This document shows positions 45,031 to 55,460 of a DNA stretch of 64,000 bases, one piece after another. The translations under genes and the position numbers were made by a program. Position 1 is the first letter of the stretch; every line of letters starts with the position of its first letter. The notes below the pieces were generated by a model. It worked only from the letters and a program-made list of their open reading frames with translations. It searched no databases and had not been told where the DNA came from. Source of the DNA: Candidatus Roizmanbacteria bacterium UBA1450 (GTDB lineage Bacteria > Patescibacteriota > Microgenomatia > UBA1406 > GWC2-37-13); the NCBI GenBank assembly GCA_002329205.1, contig DCTC01000001.1, positions 18,530 to 82,529 on the forward strand, written 5' to 3'.

Positions 45031-45675
45031 ATGGCTTCACACCGATACTCAACTATTCTTTTCGATTTTGATGGATGTATCGCCAATACCCTTCCAATTT
45101 GGCTCAAAAGCTTCAGGAAAACTTTCAATTCCCTCAATGTTGAAATATCAGACAGAGATATCATTGACAATGCATTTCATCGCTGGGATGCAAAACCGGA
45201 ACTCAAAATCCCCGATCTTGAATTTTTTAAAAATGATTTATACGCAAACTTTCATCAATACTCACAAAAACTGCAAACTCATGAAGGATTCATAGAGATT
45301 GCAACAACACTGCGATCCAGCGGTATAAAAACTGCGGTTGTGACTTCTACACTACGCCGTACAATCAATGCTATGCTGAAAGATCTCTCCTGTGAAAAAT
45401 TATTTGATACTACGCTTGCTTGGGAAGATACAATTAAAAATAAGCCTGATCCAGAGCCACTCCTCAAAGCTATGGAACGATTGGGTGTCCGTCCCGATGA
45501 AACGATCATGATAGGGGATAATGAAGTTGATATAATTGCAGCACAACAAGCACAAGTCACCAGTATCTGGTATTACCCTGAGGTCAATGAGTATTTCTAT
45601 CCAGAAAACAAATTTGCACATCATAAACCTCACTTTACCATCAAACATTTTCAAGAACTTTTTGAAATACTATGA
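45031..45675 (+). CDS. HAD-family hydrolase (phosphoglycolate phosphatase-like)
   Basis: FDFDGCI (DxDG nucleophile), VVTST, KPDPEP and GDNEVD motifs. Confidence 0.8.
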   Translation: MASHRYSTILFDFDGCIANTLPIWLKSFRKTFNSLNVEISDRDIIDNAFHRWDAKPELKIPDLEFFKNDLYANFHQYSQKLQTHEGFIEIATTLRSSGIKTAVVTSTLRRTINAMLKDLSCEKLFDTTLAWEDTIKNKPDPEPLLKAMERLGVRPDETIMIGDNEVDIIAAQQAQVTSIWYYPEVNEYFYPENKFAHHKPHFTIKHFQELFEIL

Positions 45676-46595
45676 AAACATCGTTAGTACACTTTTTATC
45701 AACCGATAATCTCAGGCTCCCGGGTCTGTTGTATGAGCCTGAAATAAAAACAAAACAGGCAGCAATTTTTCTTCATGGCTGCGGGAGTTCATCTGTTTTT
45801 TATAAACCCGAAATGAATATATTCGCAGACATTTTTACCCGCCACAATATCGCATTTTTCCCTTTTAATAATCGGGGTGCACACCTCATAAAAACATTGA
45901 AACAGGAAAGCGGTAATGAAGAATCGGAGGCAGAGCGAATTACAGCAGGAACATACTACGAAATTATCAGTGATTGCACAAAAGATATTGATGGTGCTAT
46001 TCATTTTCTGCGAGGACAAGGATTCGAAACATTCTATCTCATCGGGCATTCGACAGGTGCAAATAAAATTGCAGTGTATCATTACAATAATACAAAAAAT
46101 CCTATATCAAAATATATCCTGCTTGCCGGAGGAGATGATACGGGGCTTACCTATGAAATGATGGGTGAAAAACGATTTAAGCAGGCGCTTACTAGATGTG
46201 AAAAGGAACTCCGAAACGGAAACGGTGATAAGCCTGTCCCTAAGTATATTTATCCCGAACCATACTCATTTCGGGCTCTCTATGATGTCATCAATCCCGA
46301 GGGAGACTACAATACATTTCCATTTTATGAGTATTTGAATAATCAGAAACTTTCAGAGAAACCTCTTTTCAGGGAGTATCAATCAATTAATAAGCCGGTA
46401 CTTGTCGTATACGGAGAGCATGATGAATTTTGCTACGGCAATGTCCCTGCCTGTATTGAGGCATTAAAAGAACATACAAAATCTCAGACCGATGCTGCAT
46501 TCGAAATAATTCCTGAAACGGGACACGGTTTTGATGGAAAAGAAAAAGAACTTGGAGGATTGATGGCACGGTGGCTTACTTCCAGTCTTCATTGA
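45672..46595 (+). CDS. alpha/beta-fold hydrolase
   Basis: FLHGCGSS, the nucleophile elbow GHSTGA and a C-terminal GHGF histidine motif. It has an ATGA overlap with the preceding gene. Confidence 0.75.
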   Translation: MKTSLVHFLSTDNLRLPGLLYEPEIKTKQAAIFLHGCGSSSVFYKPEMNIFADIFTRHNIAFFPFNNRGAHLIKTLKQESGNEESEAERITAGTYYEIISDCTKDIDGAIHFLRGQGFETFYLIGHSTGANKIAVYHYNNTKNPISKYILLAGGDDTGLTYEMMGEKRFKQALTRCEKELRNGNGDKPVPKYIYPEPYSFRALYDVINPEGDYNTFPFYEYLNNQKLSEKPLFREYQSINKPVLVVYGEHDEFCYGNVPACIEALKEHTKSQTDAAFEIIPETGHGFDGKEKELGGLMARWLTSSLH

Positions 46596-49125
46596 CACCA
46601 ATCTTGATCGAAGAGTCTCCTGATTTGCCTTTTTCATTCCAAGCTTGAATTTTTATTTCATATTTTCCGTTATCAAGTTCAAACGTTTCAGAAATTTCAT
46701 CACGATCTTCCTTTATTACTTTTTCTTCTTTACCGTTGATCCAGATTTTGATTTCTTTAACAGGTTGAATTGATGTAATACGGGCTTTTACTTCAATCTT
46801 TTTATCACTCGTTTCGACTTTTGATTCATTTCCGGGATTTCTGATCGACACGACTACATCTTCTGAAGATGAATCAGAAGTCTCTGTCGGATATTTAAAT
46901 TTATCATCATTCTGCTCACGAGCCCAGGCATCAATTGCTTCCTGCCATCTATTTTTACCGTCCCCTGAGATCGGATCATTCTCAGTAATAACAATGAAAT
47001 CTTTTTCTTCATAGTTGCCTGACCGCACCTCGACATCATTGGCCAGCCTGCCGTTTGATTTTGATAACTTCAATTTTTTATAAAAGGGTGAAACCTCTGT
47101 AGGGGCAGTTCCTTTTACATAATATTCTGATCGCTTGGGATACCCGTCCACAGGAAGGCCTCCCAGATATGCATCAATTTCCATAGCTTCTACATCATCA
47201 GGTTTCTCAATGATACCGTCATCATATTTTTTCAGCAAAGCAATCATCGTGTCATGCCAGATGGGAGATGCACCTGTAGCACCGGATGCAATATTCGGAT
47301 TCATTTTTGAGTTATCATTATTACCCACCCAGACACCGAGAACAATTTCTCTGGTAAAGCCGACAGCCCAATTGTCCCGTTTATCGTCAGTGGTACCGCT
47401 TTTGACTGCAACCGTTTTTCCAGAAATATTGAGATAAGAACTGGGCCCAAAGGTATCAACGCGTGCATTATTGTCAGACAGAATATGAGAAATAATAAAA
47501 CTAATAGCAGGGGAGAGTACTTCTTTTTTCTTTTCATCTTTCTTTTTGTAAATAGTTTTTCCATTGAAATCGGTGATTTCCAGGACTCCAATAGGTTCTA
47601 CTCGACCACCGCCATTGGCAAATACGGAAAAAGCCTGTGTAAGATCAAGCAGGGTAGTTTCGCCCCCTCCCAGTGAAGCGGAAAGACCGAGATTATTCAT
47701 GTTCTCAGTAGTCGGCTCGAGTGAATCAATACCCATATCGTAGCTTTTTTGCAGGAAGTCACGAAGACCAAGCATCGCAAGCATCTTGACTGCAGGAACA
47801 TTGAGAGAATTTCCGAGAGCAAACCGGATCTGCACCGGTCCGCGGTATTTCCCATCATAATTTACCGGGATATAGCTTTCTTCCGAACTTGAATCGGGGA
47901 ATTCTGTCTTGACATCCATGATGACTGTTGATGCGGTGTACCCTTTCTCGAATGCAACAGCATACTCAATCGGCTTCAATGTAGAGCCCGGTTGTCTACT
48001 CCCTTGAGAAACAACATCATATTTTCCGTATTCATCATTGTTGTAATCATATGATCCGACATACGTAATTATTTCTCCTGTTTGCGGGTCCATCGCGACA
48101 AGAGCACCATTCCCGACATCATAATCCTCGAGTCCTTCGATTTCCTCCTTTACGATTTTCTCTGCCTGTTTCTGAAGATCGAGATCAAGCGTTGTCTTAA
48201 TTTTTACCCCCTTGGTCAATAATGCTGCGCCGTATTCGTCTTCTATCTGTTTTCGAATATAAAATACAAAATGCGGTGCGTTGATCGAAATTTTGGGAGA
48301 AGAAAATTTCACTTTATCAAGTTGTGTGAGAGCTTTTTCCCTTTCTTCTTTGGATATATATCCGTCTTCTTCCATACGGCGCAGAACATCTTTTGTACGA
48401 CCTTTCCAGGCATCCTTTTTGCCGATAAACGGAGAAAAAACGGAAGGATTCTGAGGAAGACCGGCCAGGATAGCAGATTCGACTAAATTGAGGTCTTTCG
48501 GAGCTTTACCGAAATATCCCATAGATGCGGAACCAACTCCCACATAGGTTCCTCCGTAGGGAACCTCGTTCAGATACATACCCAGAATTTCTTTCTTTGA
48601 ATATTTTTTTTCGACCTCATAGGCGAGAATTGCTTCCTTTATTTTACGAGACAAACGACGTTCGGAAGTCAATAACACATTTTTTATGAGCTGCTGGGTA
48701 ATGGTCGAACCTCCTTGGGGTTTACCGATGAGGCTGTTGAATGAGGCTCTTATAATACCATATTCTGACACTCCCTTATGTTCGTAGAACCGTTTGTCCT
48801 CTATAGCAACAGTCGCTTCCTGAAGGTGTTCAGGGATATCCTCTATCTCGACCGGGACTCTGTTTTCGTCTTTGAACATCTCATATATTATTTCTCCATT
48901 ACGGTCATAAAAAATAGTTGAATTGCCTCTGCTCTCAGAGAGCTTGCCCGGTTGGGGAAGATCACGTCCATACCATGCAAAAAGCGCGAATGCACCGATA
49001 TATCCGAAAAGGATCATACCGATAATACCGATGACACCGTACATCATCAGCTTTTGCCTGTTGAGACCGGATAAGAGACCGAATGAAGGTCGACTGCTTC
49101 GCCTTCGTCGAGGGACATATGCCAT
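46576..49125 (-). CDS. class A penicillin-binding protein (transglycosylase/transpeptidase) with C-terminal Ig-like extension
   Basis: N-terminal TM helix. GT51 motifs EDKRFYEHKGV and GGSTITQQL. Transpeptidase motifs STLKP, SLN and KSGTT. A roughly 150-aa beta-rich C-terminal extension follows. Confidence 0.9.
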   Translation of the reverse strand: MAYVPRRRRSSRPSFGLLSGLNRQKLMMYGVIGIIGMILFGYIGAFALFAWYGRDLPQPGKLSESRGNSTIFYDRNGEIIYEMFKDENRVPVEIEDIPEHLQEATVAIEDKRFYEHKGVSEYGIIRASFNSLIGKPQGGSTITQQLIKNVLLTSERRLSRKIKEAILAYEVEKKYSKKEILGMYLNEVPYGGTYVGVGSASMGYFGKAPKDLNLVESAILAGLPQNPSVFSPFIGKKDAWKGRTKDVLRRMEEDGYISKEEREKALTQLDKVKFSSPKISINAPHFVFYIRKQIEDEYGAALLTKGVKIKTTLDLDLQKQAEKIVKEEIEGLEDYDVGNGALVAMDPQTGEIITYVGSYDYNNDEYGKYDVVSQGSRQPGSTLKPIEYAVAFEKGYTASTVIMDVKTEFPDSSSEESYIPVNYDGKYRGPVQIRFALGNSLNVPAVKMLAMLGLRDFLQKSYDMGIDSLEPTTENMNNLGLSASLGGGETTLLDLTQAFSVFANGGGRVEPIGVLEITDFNGKTIYKKKDEKKKEVLSPAISFIISHILSDNNARVDTFGPSSYLNISGKTVAVKSGTTDDKRDNWAVGFTREIVLGVWVGNNDNSKMNPNIASGATGASPIWHDTMIALLKKYDDGIIEKPDDVEAMEIDAYLGGLPVDGYPKRSEYYVKGTAPTEVSPFYKKLKLSKSNGRLANDVEVRSGNYEEKDFIVITENDPISGDGKNRWQEAIDAWAREQNDDKFKYPTETSDSSSEDVVVSIRNPGNESKVETSDKKIEVKARITSIQPVKEIKIWINGKEEKVIKEDRDEISETFELDNGKYEIKIQAWNEKGKSGDSSIKIGVNEDWK

Positions 49126-49200
49126 AAGGATAATTGTAGCATATTACGTAAAAGTGGAACCTTTTAGACAGAAGCCAAATATGCTACAATAGTCATTATT

Positions 49201-49311
49201 ATGCGTATACTGAAGAAGATATTCAAACCTAAAAATGTGATCAGAGTCATAATGGCTATTGCGGCTCTGCTTCTTATCATCACCAGCTTTGCCCCGTTTT
49301 TTTATCTATAA
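49201..49311 (+). CDS. possible 36-aa membrane peptide
   Basis: ATG...TAA encoding MRILKKIFKPKNVIRVIMAIAALLLIITSFAPFFYL, read from the sequence; it is below the size cutoff of the ORF track. No further support. Confidence 0.2.
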   Translation: MRILKKIFKPKNVIRVIMAIAALLLIITSFAPFFYL

Positions 49312-49377
49312 CGGTTTATTCTGATCGGGTGAATTAACTATTTTTTCGTACTATGTTGTGAGCGATATAATAATCAT

Positions 49378-51441
49378 ATGGATTTTCAAAAACCAATAGA
49401 TTCTCTTCCCCGGACAAGTCCACGAACAATACAGCGGCTCCAAAAGCTCGAAATACACACGTATTCCGATTTACTTCATTATTACCCTTTCCGGTATGAT
49501 GATTATTCAACACGGGCCAAAATAGGGACTGTTCAGGCAGGAGAAACAGTGACAATAACAGGGACAATTCAGACATTTCAAAATAGTTTTACCAAGCGTG
49601 GCTTTAAGCTTCAAAAAGCAATTATTTCTGACGAAACCGGAATAATAGAAGCAGTCTGGTACAACCAGATGTATCTGACAAACGTACTGAAAGAAGGTAT
49701 GCATATTGCGATTGCCGGCGTCATCGAACGATTCGGCAGAACGGTTACCATCAAGCCGCAGGAGTATGAAATCCTTTCATCTCTCCAGGATAAAACCATA
49801 CATACAGGCAGACTTGTGCCGGTGTATTCACAAATATATGGACTATCATCAAAAACTATTCGTGAGAAAATTCTGTATGTTTTAGATTTATATAAATTAA
49901 TCGATCCGAGTAATACTGAGTTCATACCCCATGATATTTTGGGGAAATACAATCTCATCGGGCAGCACCAGGCAATCAACTGGATACATCTTCCCCCCGG
50001 AAAAAAAGAACAGCAACAGGCGCAACGCCGAATCGGATTCAATGAACTTTTTATTCGTGTACTTTCATCTCATCTGGTAAAAGAGAAATGGAAACAGGAA
50101 ACAACGACAACACCCATCACCATAACGAAATCGATTCAGGAACAATTGGACCGATTTATGAAAAATCTTCCTTTTGAGTTAACTTCGGCGCAAAAGCGGA
50201 CGACAGAGGAGATACTCTCAGATATTCAGAAAAAAACACCAATGAACCGATTTGTTCAGGGAGATGTCGGATCAGGAAAAACAGTTGTCGCAGCCATTGC
50301 AGCATTTGTTACGCATCTCAACGGACTTCAAACACTCATCATGGCACCCACTGAGATACTGGCACAGCAGCACTTCAAAACAATATCAACGCTTATCAAT
50401 GATCCACATATCAAGATCGGGCTGCAAACCGGGTCGCACAAGTCAATTTCCAAAAAAAAATCTTCGTTGGAGTATGATATTGTAGTAGGGACACAGGCTC
50501 TCATTACCGAAAAATTGAATTTTGATCACGTTGGACTGGTGGTCATAGATGAACAACATCGTTTCGGGGTAAAGCAAAGAGCTATGCTGAAAGACAAAGG
50601 AATTAATCCTCATCTGCTGACTATGACGGCGACACCAATTCCACGTACAGTTTCACTTACATTGTACAGCGAGCTGGATCTTTCTGTTATTGACGAGATG
50701 CCCAAAGGAAGAAAGCCTATAAAAACCTACGTTACACCCCAGGAGAAGCGGGAGAAAGGGAATGAATGGATAAAAAAACAAATTCGCGAACAGGGAGCGC
50801 AAGTGTATATAATATGCCCGCTGGTTGAAGAGTCCGAATCGGAAACACTGAAATCAGTTCGTGCTGCCACCAAAGAATATGAATATTTAAAACATGAGGT
50901 ATTTAGAGAATTCAATGTGGCACTTCTACATGGAAAAATGAAAGCAAAGGAAAAAGAAGAAGTCATGAAGCAATATAAGGACAAAAAATATGATATTCTC
51001 GTTTCAACCTCTGTGGTGGAAGTAGGAGTAGATGTACCCAATGCGACAATTATGTTTATTGAAGGTGCGGAACGTTTCGGTATCGCACAATTGCATCAGC
51101 TGCGTGGACGTGTAGGGAGATCGGATAAGCAATCGTATTGTTTTCTGTTTACCAGTACAAAAGAAGCTGAGCAGAAGCATCGACTCCAATTTTTTTCATC
51201 AACCAATTCCGGATTGAAACTGGCTGAATATGATCTGAAACTGCGCGGTCCCGGAGATCTCTACGGCACACAACAGCACGGGTATACTGATCTCAAACTT
51301 GCAGATATTACCGATTATCGGCAGGTCCATGATGTAAAAGATGCAGTTCAGACGTTTGTTAACAAGTATCATGTAAAGGATTTCTCAATTTTGAAACAAA
51401 TGATAGATGAATATCAGGTGGATCAGATTAGCAGAGACTAA
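49378..51441 (+). CDS. recG: ATP-dependent DNA helicase RecG
   Basis: Wedge/OB N-terminal domain. Helicase motifs GDVGSGKT, DEQHRFGV, TATPIPRT and QLHQLRGRVGR. Confidence 0.9.
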   Translation: MDFQKPIDSLPRTSPRTIQRLQKLEIHTYSDLLHYYPFRYDDYSTRAKIGTVQAGETVTITGTIQTFQNSFTKRGFKLQKAIISDETGIIEAVWYNQMYLTNVLKEGMHIAIAGVIERFGRTVTIKPQEYEILSSLQDKTIHTGRLVPVYSQIYGLSSKTIREKILYVLDLYKLIDPSNTEFIPHDILGKYNLIGQHQAINWIHLPPGKKEQQQAQRRIGFNELFIRVLSSHLVKEKWKQETTTTPITITKSIQEQLDRFMKNLPFELTSAQKRTTEEILSDIQKKTPMNRFVQGDVGSGKTVVAAIAAFVTHLNGLQTLIMAPTEILAQQHFKTISTLINDPHIKIGLQTGSHKSISKKKSSLEYDIVVGTQALITEKLNFDHVGLVVIDEQHRFGVKQRAMLKDKGINPHLLTMTATPIPRTVSLTLYSELDLSVIDEMPKGRKPIKTYVTPQEKREKGNEWIKKQIREQGAQVYIICPLVEESESETLKSVRAATKEYEYLKHEVFREFNVALLHGKMKAKEKEEVMKQYKDKKYDILVSTSVVEVGVDVPNATIMFIEGAERFGIAQLHQLRGRVGRSDKQSYCFLFTSTKEAEQKHRLQFFSSTNSGLKLAEYDLKLRGPGDLYGTQQHGYTDLKLADITDYRQVHDVKDAVQTFVNKYHVKDFSILKQMIDEYQVDQISRD

Positions 51442-51579
51442 ATGCGTATGAGTGATTGAAAATAGCGTATTTGTTTCCAGGTATTTCGCACTGATCACCG
51501 ATTACTTACACTTCTTGTTTTATCACCCTCCGCATGATATTATTACGATATCGAAATATAATTTTATTACAGTAATCCT

Positions 51580-51735
51580 ATGGCCCCTTTGCCCAAACGA
51601 AAACATTCAAAAGCACGAAAAGGAAAACGAGTTCTCGAAAGAAAATCAGAATCAACTCTTCCCGAACTTGTTGTGTGTCCTGAATGCGGAAAGAAAAAAA
51701 TGCCGCACCGACAATGTAAAAATTGTGGAAAATAA
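51580..51735 (+). CDS. rpmF: 50S ribosomal protein L32
   Basis: Read directly from the sequence as MAPLPKRKHSKARKGKRVLERKSESTLPELVVCPECGKKKMPHRQCKNCGK. It has the L32 N-terminal KR-rich motif plus a CxxC...CxxC ribbon. It replaces the spurious ORF 51452..51751. Confidence 0.85.
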   Translation: MAPLPKRKHSKARKGKRVLERKSESTLPELVVCPECGKKKMPHRQCKNCGK

Positions 51736-51819
51736 TATTACAAGACTGTAGGTGATAGGCGGTATGTATTATATAAAAATAACTGTAACCTACAGCCCAG
51801 ATATCACACTACCTACCCT

Positions 51820-52227
51820 ATGGACCCGCGACATCAAAAACGCCTTAATATCGTTCAAAATTTGTTTGCACAATCTTTTAGCAGTAGCGATACTGGCGGG
51901 AACCTACCTTTTCAGGATGAAGATCTGACAAAAAAAATCCTTTCACACCGTGAAGAAATTAATGACTGCATTCAAAAGCACGCACCGAAATACCCTGTTG
52001 ATAAAATTGCCAAGATTGATATGAGCATATTGCAGCTTGCAATATACGAATTGTTGTTTGAAAAGAAAAAACAACCAACAAAAGTTGTGATTAATGAGGC
52101 AGTTGAGCTCGCCAAAGAGCTCGGTAATGAGCGTTCATATGCTTTCGTCAATGCAGTCCTCGGATCAGTGCTCAAAGATATTACCAATAATGATTCAAAC
52201 GATGGAAAAAAATCTCAGTCGTCTTGA
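51820..52227 (+). CDS. nusB: transcription antitermination factor NusB
   Basis: RHQKRLNIVQNLFA start and the C-terminal VINEAVELAKELG...FVNAVLG motif. Confidence 0.85.
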   Translation: MDPRHQKRLNIVQNLFAQSFSSSDTGGNLPFQDEDLTKKILSHREEINDCIQKHAPKYPVDKIAKIDMSILQLAIYELLFEKKKQPTKVVINEAVELAKELGNERSYAFVNAVLGSVLKDITNNDSNDGKKSQSS

Positions 52228-52897
52228 AGAAAAAATTCAAATTGACTTTAAAAACAAGGAACTACTTCGCAATGTGTTTGTACATCGCTCCTATCTGAAT
52301 GAAAACCGAGAGTTTGAACTGCCATCCAATGAAAAGCTGGAATTTCTGGGAGATAGCGTCTTGTCGCTAGCAACATCCATCTATCTCTATCAAAAATATG
52401 CTCATCTGCAAGAAGGTGATTATACAGATATTAAGGCCTCAATAGTCCGAACCGAAAGCCTTGCCGAAGTAGCTCGGGAACTCAAGCTTGGAGATTATTT
52501 ATACCTTTCGCACGGAGAAGAAAAGGGGAAAGGCCGCACGAAGACAAATATTCTTGCAGATGTCTTTGAAGCACTCATTGCTGCAATTTTTATTGATCAG
52601 GGATTCGATCGGGCTTATCAGTTTATAACGGAGCATTTATTTGCTGAACGGTTGGATTATATTGTCAATAACAAACTCTATCTTTCCCCGAAAAGCCGTC
52701 TACAGGAAATGACACAGGCTTTATACAAAGAACTGCCCGTGTATGAACTAATAGAGGCAACCGGCCCTGAACATAAAAAGACTTTTTCCGTTCATGTTCT
52801 GGTAAACGGTGAAATAAAAGGAAAAGGCGTCGGAAAATCTAAAAAACAGGCAGAAGAAAATGCCGCACAAAATGCACTGGAATTATTGACAAAATAA
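52202..52897 (+). CDS. rnc: ribonuclease III
   Basis: ORF 52094..52897, trimmed to the ATG at 52202 (MEKNLSRLEEKI). The catalytic signature is NEKLEFLGDSVL, followed by DVFEALIAAIF and a C-terminal dsRBD (GPEHKKTF...GKSKKQAEENAA). Confidence 0.9.
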   Translation: MEKNLSRLEEKIQIDFKNKELLRNVFVHRSYLNENREFELPSNEKLEFLGDSVLSLATSIYLYQKYAHLQEGDYTDIKASIVRTESLAEVARELKLGDYLYLSHGEEKGKGRTKTNILADVFEALIAAIFIDQGFDRAYQFITEHLFAERLDYIVNNKLYLSPKSRLQEMTQALYKELPVYELIEATGPEHKKTFSVHVLVNGEIKGKGVGKSKKQAEENAAQNALELLTK

Positions 52898-52969
52898 CGA
52901 TATAATAAGTTTTTCGTTCGGTTAGTAGACATATTTAAATAATTTTTTTACCAATTTAGTAATATACAC

Positions 52970-53221
52970 ATGGCAGTAGCTTTACGGTTAATGCGATTCG
53001 GCAAGAGAAAACAGCCTTACTATCGTATTGTGGCTCTAGATAAGAGAAAGAAACGAGATGGATCTTATATTGAAAAAGTAGGTCTTTATCATCCGTTGGA
53101 TGAAAAAAACAATATTCGAATAATCAAAGAACGTTTTGAATATTGGAGATCAAAAGGCGCACAACTTTCTGAAGGACTTGAACGTCTTCTCAAAAATGAA
53201 AAAGACGTCGTTTACGAGTAA
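52970..53221 (+). CDS. rpsP: 30S ribosomal protein S16
   Basis: MAVALRLMRFGKRKQPYYRIVALDKRKKRDG signature. Confidence 0.9.
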   Translation: MAVALRLMRFGKRKQPYYRIVALDKRKKRDGSYIEKVGLYHPLDEKNNIRIIKERFEYWRSKGAQLSEGLERLLKNEKDVVYE

Positions 53222-53222
53222 A

Positions 53223-53840
53223 TTATTCGATCTTCTTCATTATTTCATTCAGAAAATCAATATCATTTTGGTTTACTATGGCTGTATTTTCTGAACCTGT
53301 TGTAGAAAATGGTTTGTGTATCAGATTCACTCTGAAATTTATAGTTGCACCATCCTCATAAGTCACTGTCACTTCTTCATTCGTAATCAATCGTCCACTC
53401 ACGTAATTATAATCCCGCAGTAACGTCTCAATATCATCAGGATTCCCGCGAATGGATAATTCTAGAGACATTTTTTCATCCGTGGTATCGTCCAGATTGA
53501 TACTATATGACTCTACTGAAACACCTGTTTCTGCTCCGAGTTTTTCCAAAGCCGCAATCACTTTGAAGTATGATTCTTCTTCAGGGATAAGCTGATCGAG
53601 TAAGGTATTATAGTTATCAATACTGCCTTCAAGGAGTTCTTTATTGTTTTGAATCAAGCCTGCTGATTGTTTTGAAGCTTCCAGTTCAAGCTTGGTGGTT
53701 TCCAGCTCCGAATATAAGCTGTATGTGTTGTAACCCAAGTAACCGACGAAAGATATCAAAACAATATCCATGACAGCAAACAGAGCAATCGGCAAAAAAT
53801 TTATGTTTAAAATAAATCGCTTAATTTTCTCCAGTTCCAT
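53223..53840 (-). CDS. pilO: type IV pilus assembly protein PilO-like
   Basis: Trimmed to the ATG at 53840. It has a single N-terminal TM helix, a coiled coil and a C-terminal alpha/beta domain. It sits directly downstream of the pilM and pilN-like genes. The call is positional and architectural. Confidence 0.5.
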   Translation of the reverse strand: MELEKIKRFILNINFLPIALFAVMDIVLISFVGYLGYNTYSLYSELETTKLELEASKQSAGLIQNNKELLEGSIDNYNTLLDQLIPEEESYFKVIAALEKLGAETGVSVESYSINLDDTTDEKMSLELSIRGNPDDIETLLRDYNYVSGRLITNEEVTVTYEDGATINFRVNLIHKPFSTTGSENTAIVNQNDIDFLNEIMKKIE

Positions 53841-54402
53841 GAGATTCCGGTGAGGTAAAGATTCCCTCAATTGTCAATAAATATCCTTCTTGATTCTGCT
53901 GTACAACATTAAAACCCGCAATGCTAATTTGTTCGAAACTGTCCTGAAATAACGGAGTTTCCAGTTCTTCGATAAACTGAAGTGCACCTTCGTAACTGCT
54001 AAAATTGACAGAAATTGATGTTTCTCTTGCATTGTTTACCATAAAACTCATCAGTTGTTCTTCAGGAGAAGTTTTACTGAAAATTTCTTTCAGAATAGAA
54101 TAATATTGAAAGCTGTTTGCGTCTTCATCCATATAAGACTGTACAGTATTGTACTTGAATACAAAACGTTGAATTTCCTTAGAAAAAGACTGGTTGAGAA
54201 GAATATATCTGTTATAGTTTTTGATCGAGGTATCAACAGCGTTTTTCTCTCTGCGAAGGTAAATAAATGTACCCCCGACAAGAAGCAACACAACCAAAGA
54301 AACGCCAAATGTCCACAGAGCAATTCTTCGGGCAAGGACATAATATGTCACTACCTTTTTTGATGAGGATCTCTGGGAAAAGAGATTGAGCCTGCGTTTC
54401 AT
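53821..54402 (-). CDS. pilN: type IV pilus assembly protein PilN-like
   Basis: The N-terminal RLNLFSQR is similar to the PilN INLLP motif. A TM helix follows. It has an ATGA overlap with pilM. Confidence 0.55.
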   Translation of the reverse strand: MKRRLNLFSQRSSSKKVVTYYVLARRIALWTFGVSLVVLLLVGGTFIYLRREKNAVDTSIKNYNRYILLNQSFSKEIQRFVFKYNTVQSYMDEDANSFQYYSILKEIFSKTSPEEQLMSFMVNNARETSISVNFSSYEGALQFIEELETPLFQDSFEQISIAGFNVVQQNQEGYLLTIEGIFTSPESHGTGEN

Positions 54403-55415
54403 CGAATATGTGTCGCAATAACTGGTATAAACGTTGACAGTACTTGCGAAAATGTTTGGGTAATGGTATTGGGTATCAGAATATTCGACAGTGGGAATGA
54501 CTGAGTCGGTAGTGACAGCCGTTTTTGGACGGTTTCGTGAATATTGGCAATTTGATTATCATAATTGAATAAATATATGTTTTTAATAGGAATATGATAT
54601 TTCTCCTGTGTCAAAAGAATTGTTTTTTCCATTTCTGTAAACAGTTCATTGAGTACCGGATAAATTATTGCATACACATTCACACTCCCGTTACTGCTGA
54701 GACCGATGGTCTTCAACGCTTCCATAGTTTTCTGATCACTCAGGTTGGTATTTAATTTCAAATCACGGAGGATAATGTCATAACCGATTCGTGAGGATCT
54801 GGTTGTCTGAAAAAAGGGGAAAGCAGGATTGATTACATAGATGGAACTTCCGGAAAAACCAAAATTCAGAATAAGTGCCGGCTCCTTAATAAATTTATAG
54901 AATTCCGTAAGGAATCTTCCCATTGCGGTCAGTTCATTCTCAAGTGACACCGGTTCCAGATTGGCGTATTCGACTGTTTTATAAATATGGTCAACAATCT
55001 TTTTCTGTGATGCAACAAAAAGGATCAATAGTTTCCCATTTGGAAGTTTGCTGATTATTTCGAGGTCTAGATATACTTCACTGATAGGCAGGGGTACAAA
55101 TTCATCAGCCTGCAATCTGATTGCCTTTACCAATTCTTCTTCAGGCAAATTCGGCATCAATAGAAGCTGTGAGTAACTTAAGGCATCCGGAACGACTACA
55201 TGCGCTTTCGTCGAGGAAATATTTAGCTGTGCATGGAGCGTACTCAAGAGCTTTGCTTCTTCCTGGGCTGATTTTTCATCAGGATTCGAATAAAAATTGG
55301 GGACTGTATTGTCGTATCCCAGAGAAAGAAGTTCAACCTTATTTTTCTTGGTTTCCAGATGAGCCAATCTCGTAAATTGCTCACTAATATCAATAGAAAA
55401 TAAATTTGCTGCCAT
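54399..55415 (-). CDS. pilM: type IV pilus assembly protein PilM (actin-like ATPase fold)
   Basis: LFSIDISEQFTRLAHLE start and the motif LPEEELVKAIRLQADEFVPLPISEVYLDLEI, both typical of PilM. Confidence 0.75.
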   Translation of the reverse strand: MAANLFSIDISEQFTRLAHLETKKNKVELLSLGYDNTVPNFYSNPDEKSAQEEAKLLSTLHAQLNISSTKAHVVVPDALSYSQLLLMPNLPEEELVKAIRLQADEFVPLPISEVYLDLEIISKLPNGKLLILFVASQKKIVDHIYKTVEYANLEPVSLENELTAMGRFLTEFYKFIKEPALILNFGFSGSSIYVINPAFPFFQTTRSSRIGYDIILRDLKLNTNLSDQKTMEALKTIGLSSNGSVNVYAIIYPVLNELFTEMEKTILLTQEKYHIPIKNIYLFNYDNQIANIHETVQKRLSLPTQSFPLSNILIPNTITQTFSQVLSTFIPVIATHIR

Positions 55416-55460
55416 AGTCTAAGAGTAGCAGAGAAGAGTACTAAAAATCAATCAGCGTTA

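Noticed and set aside
51452-51751. 99-aa ORF listed in the track
   Set aside because: A different frame within it encodes a textbook ribosomal protein L32 (51580..51735). The 99-aa product has no recognisable features.
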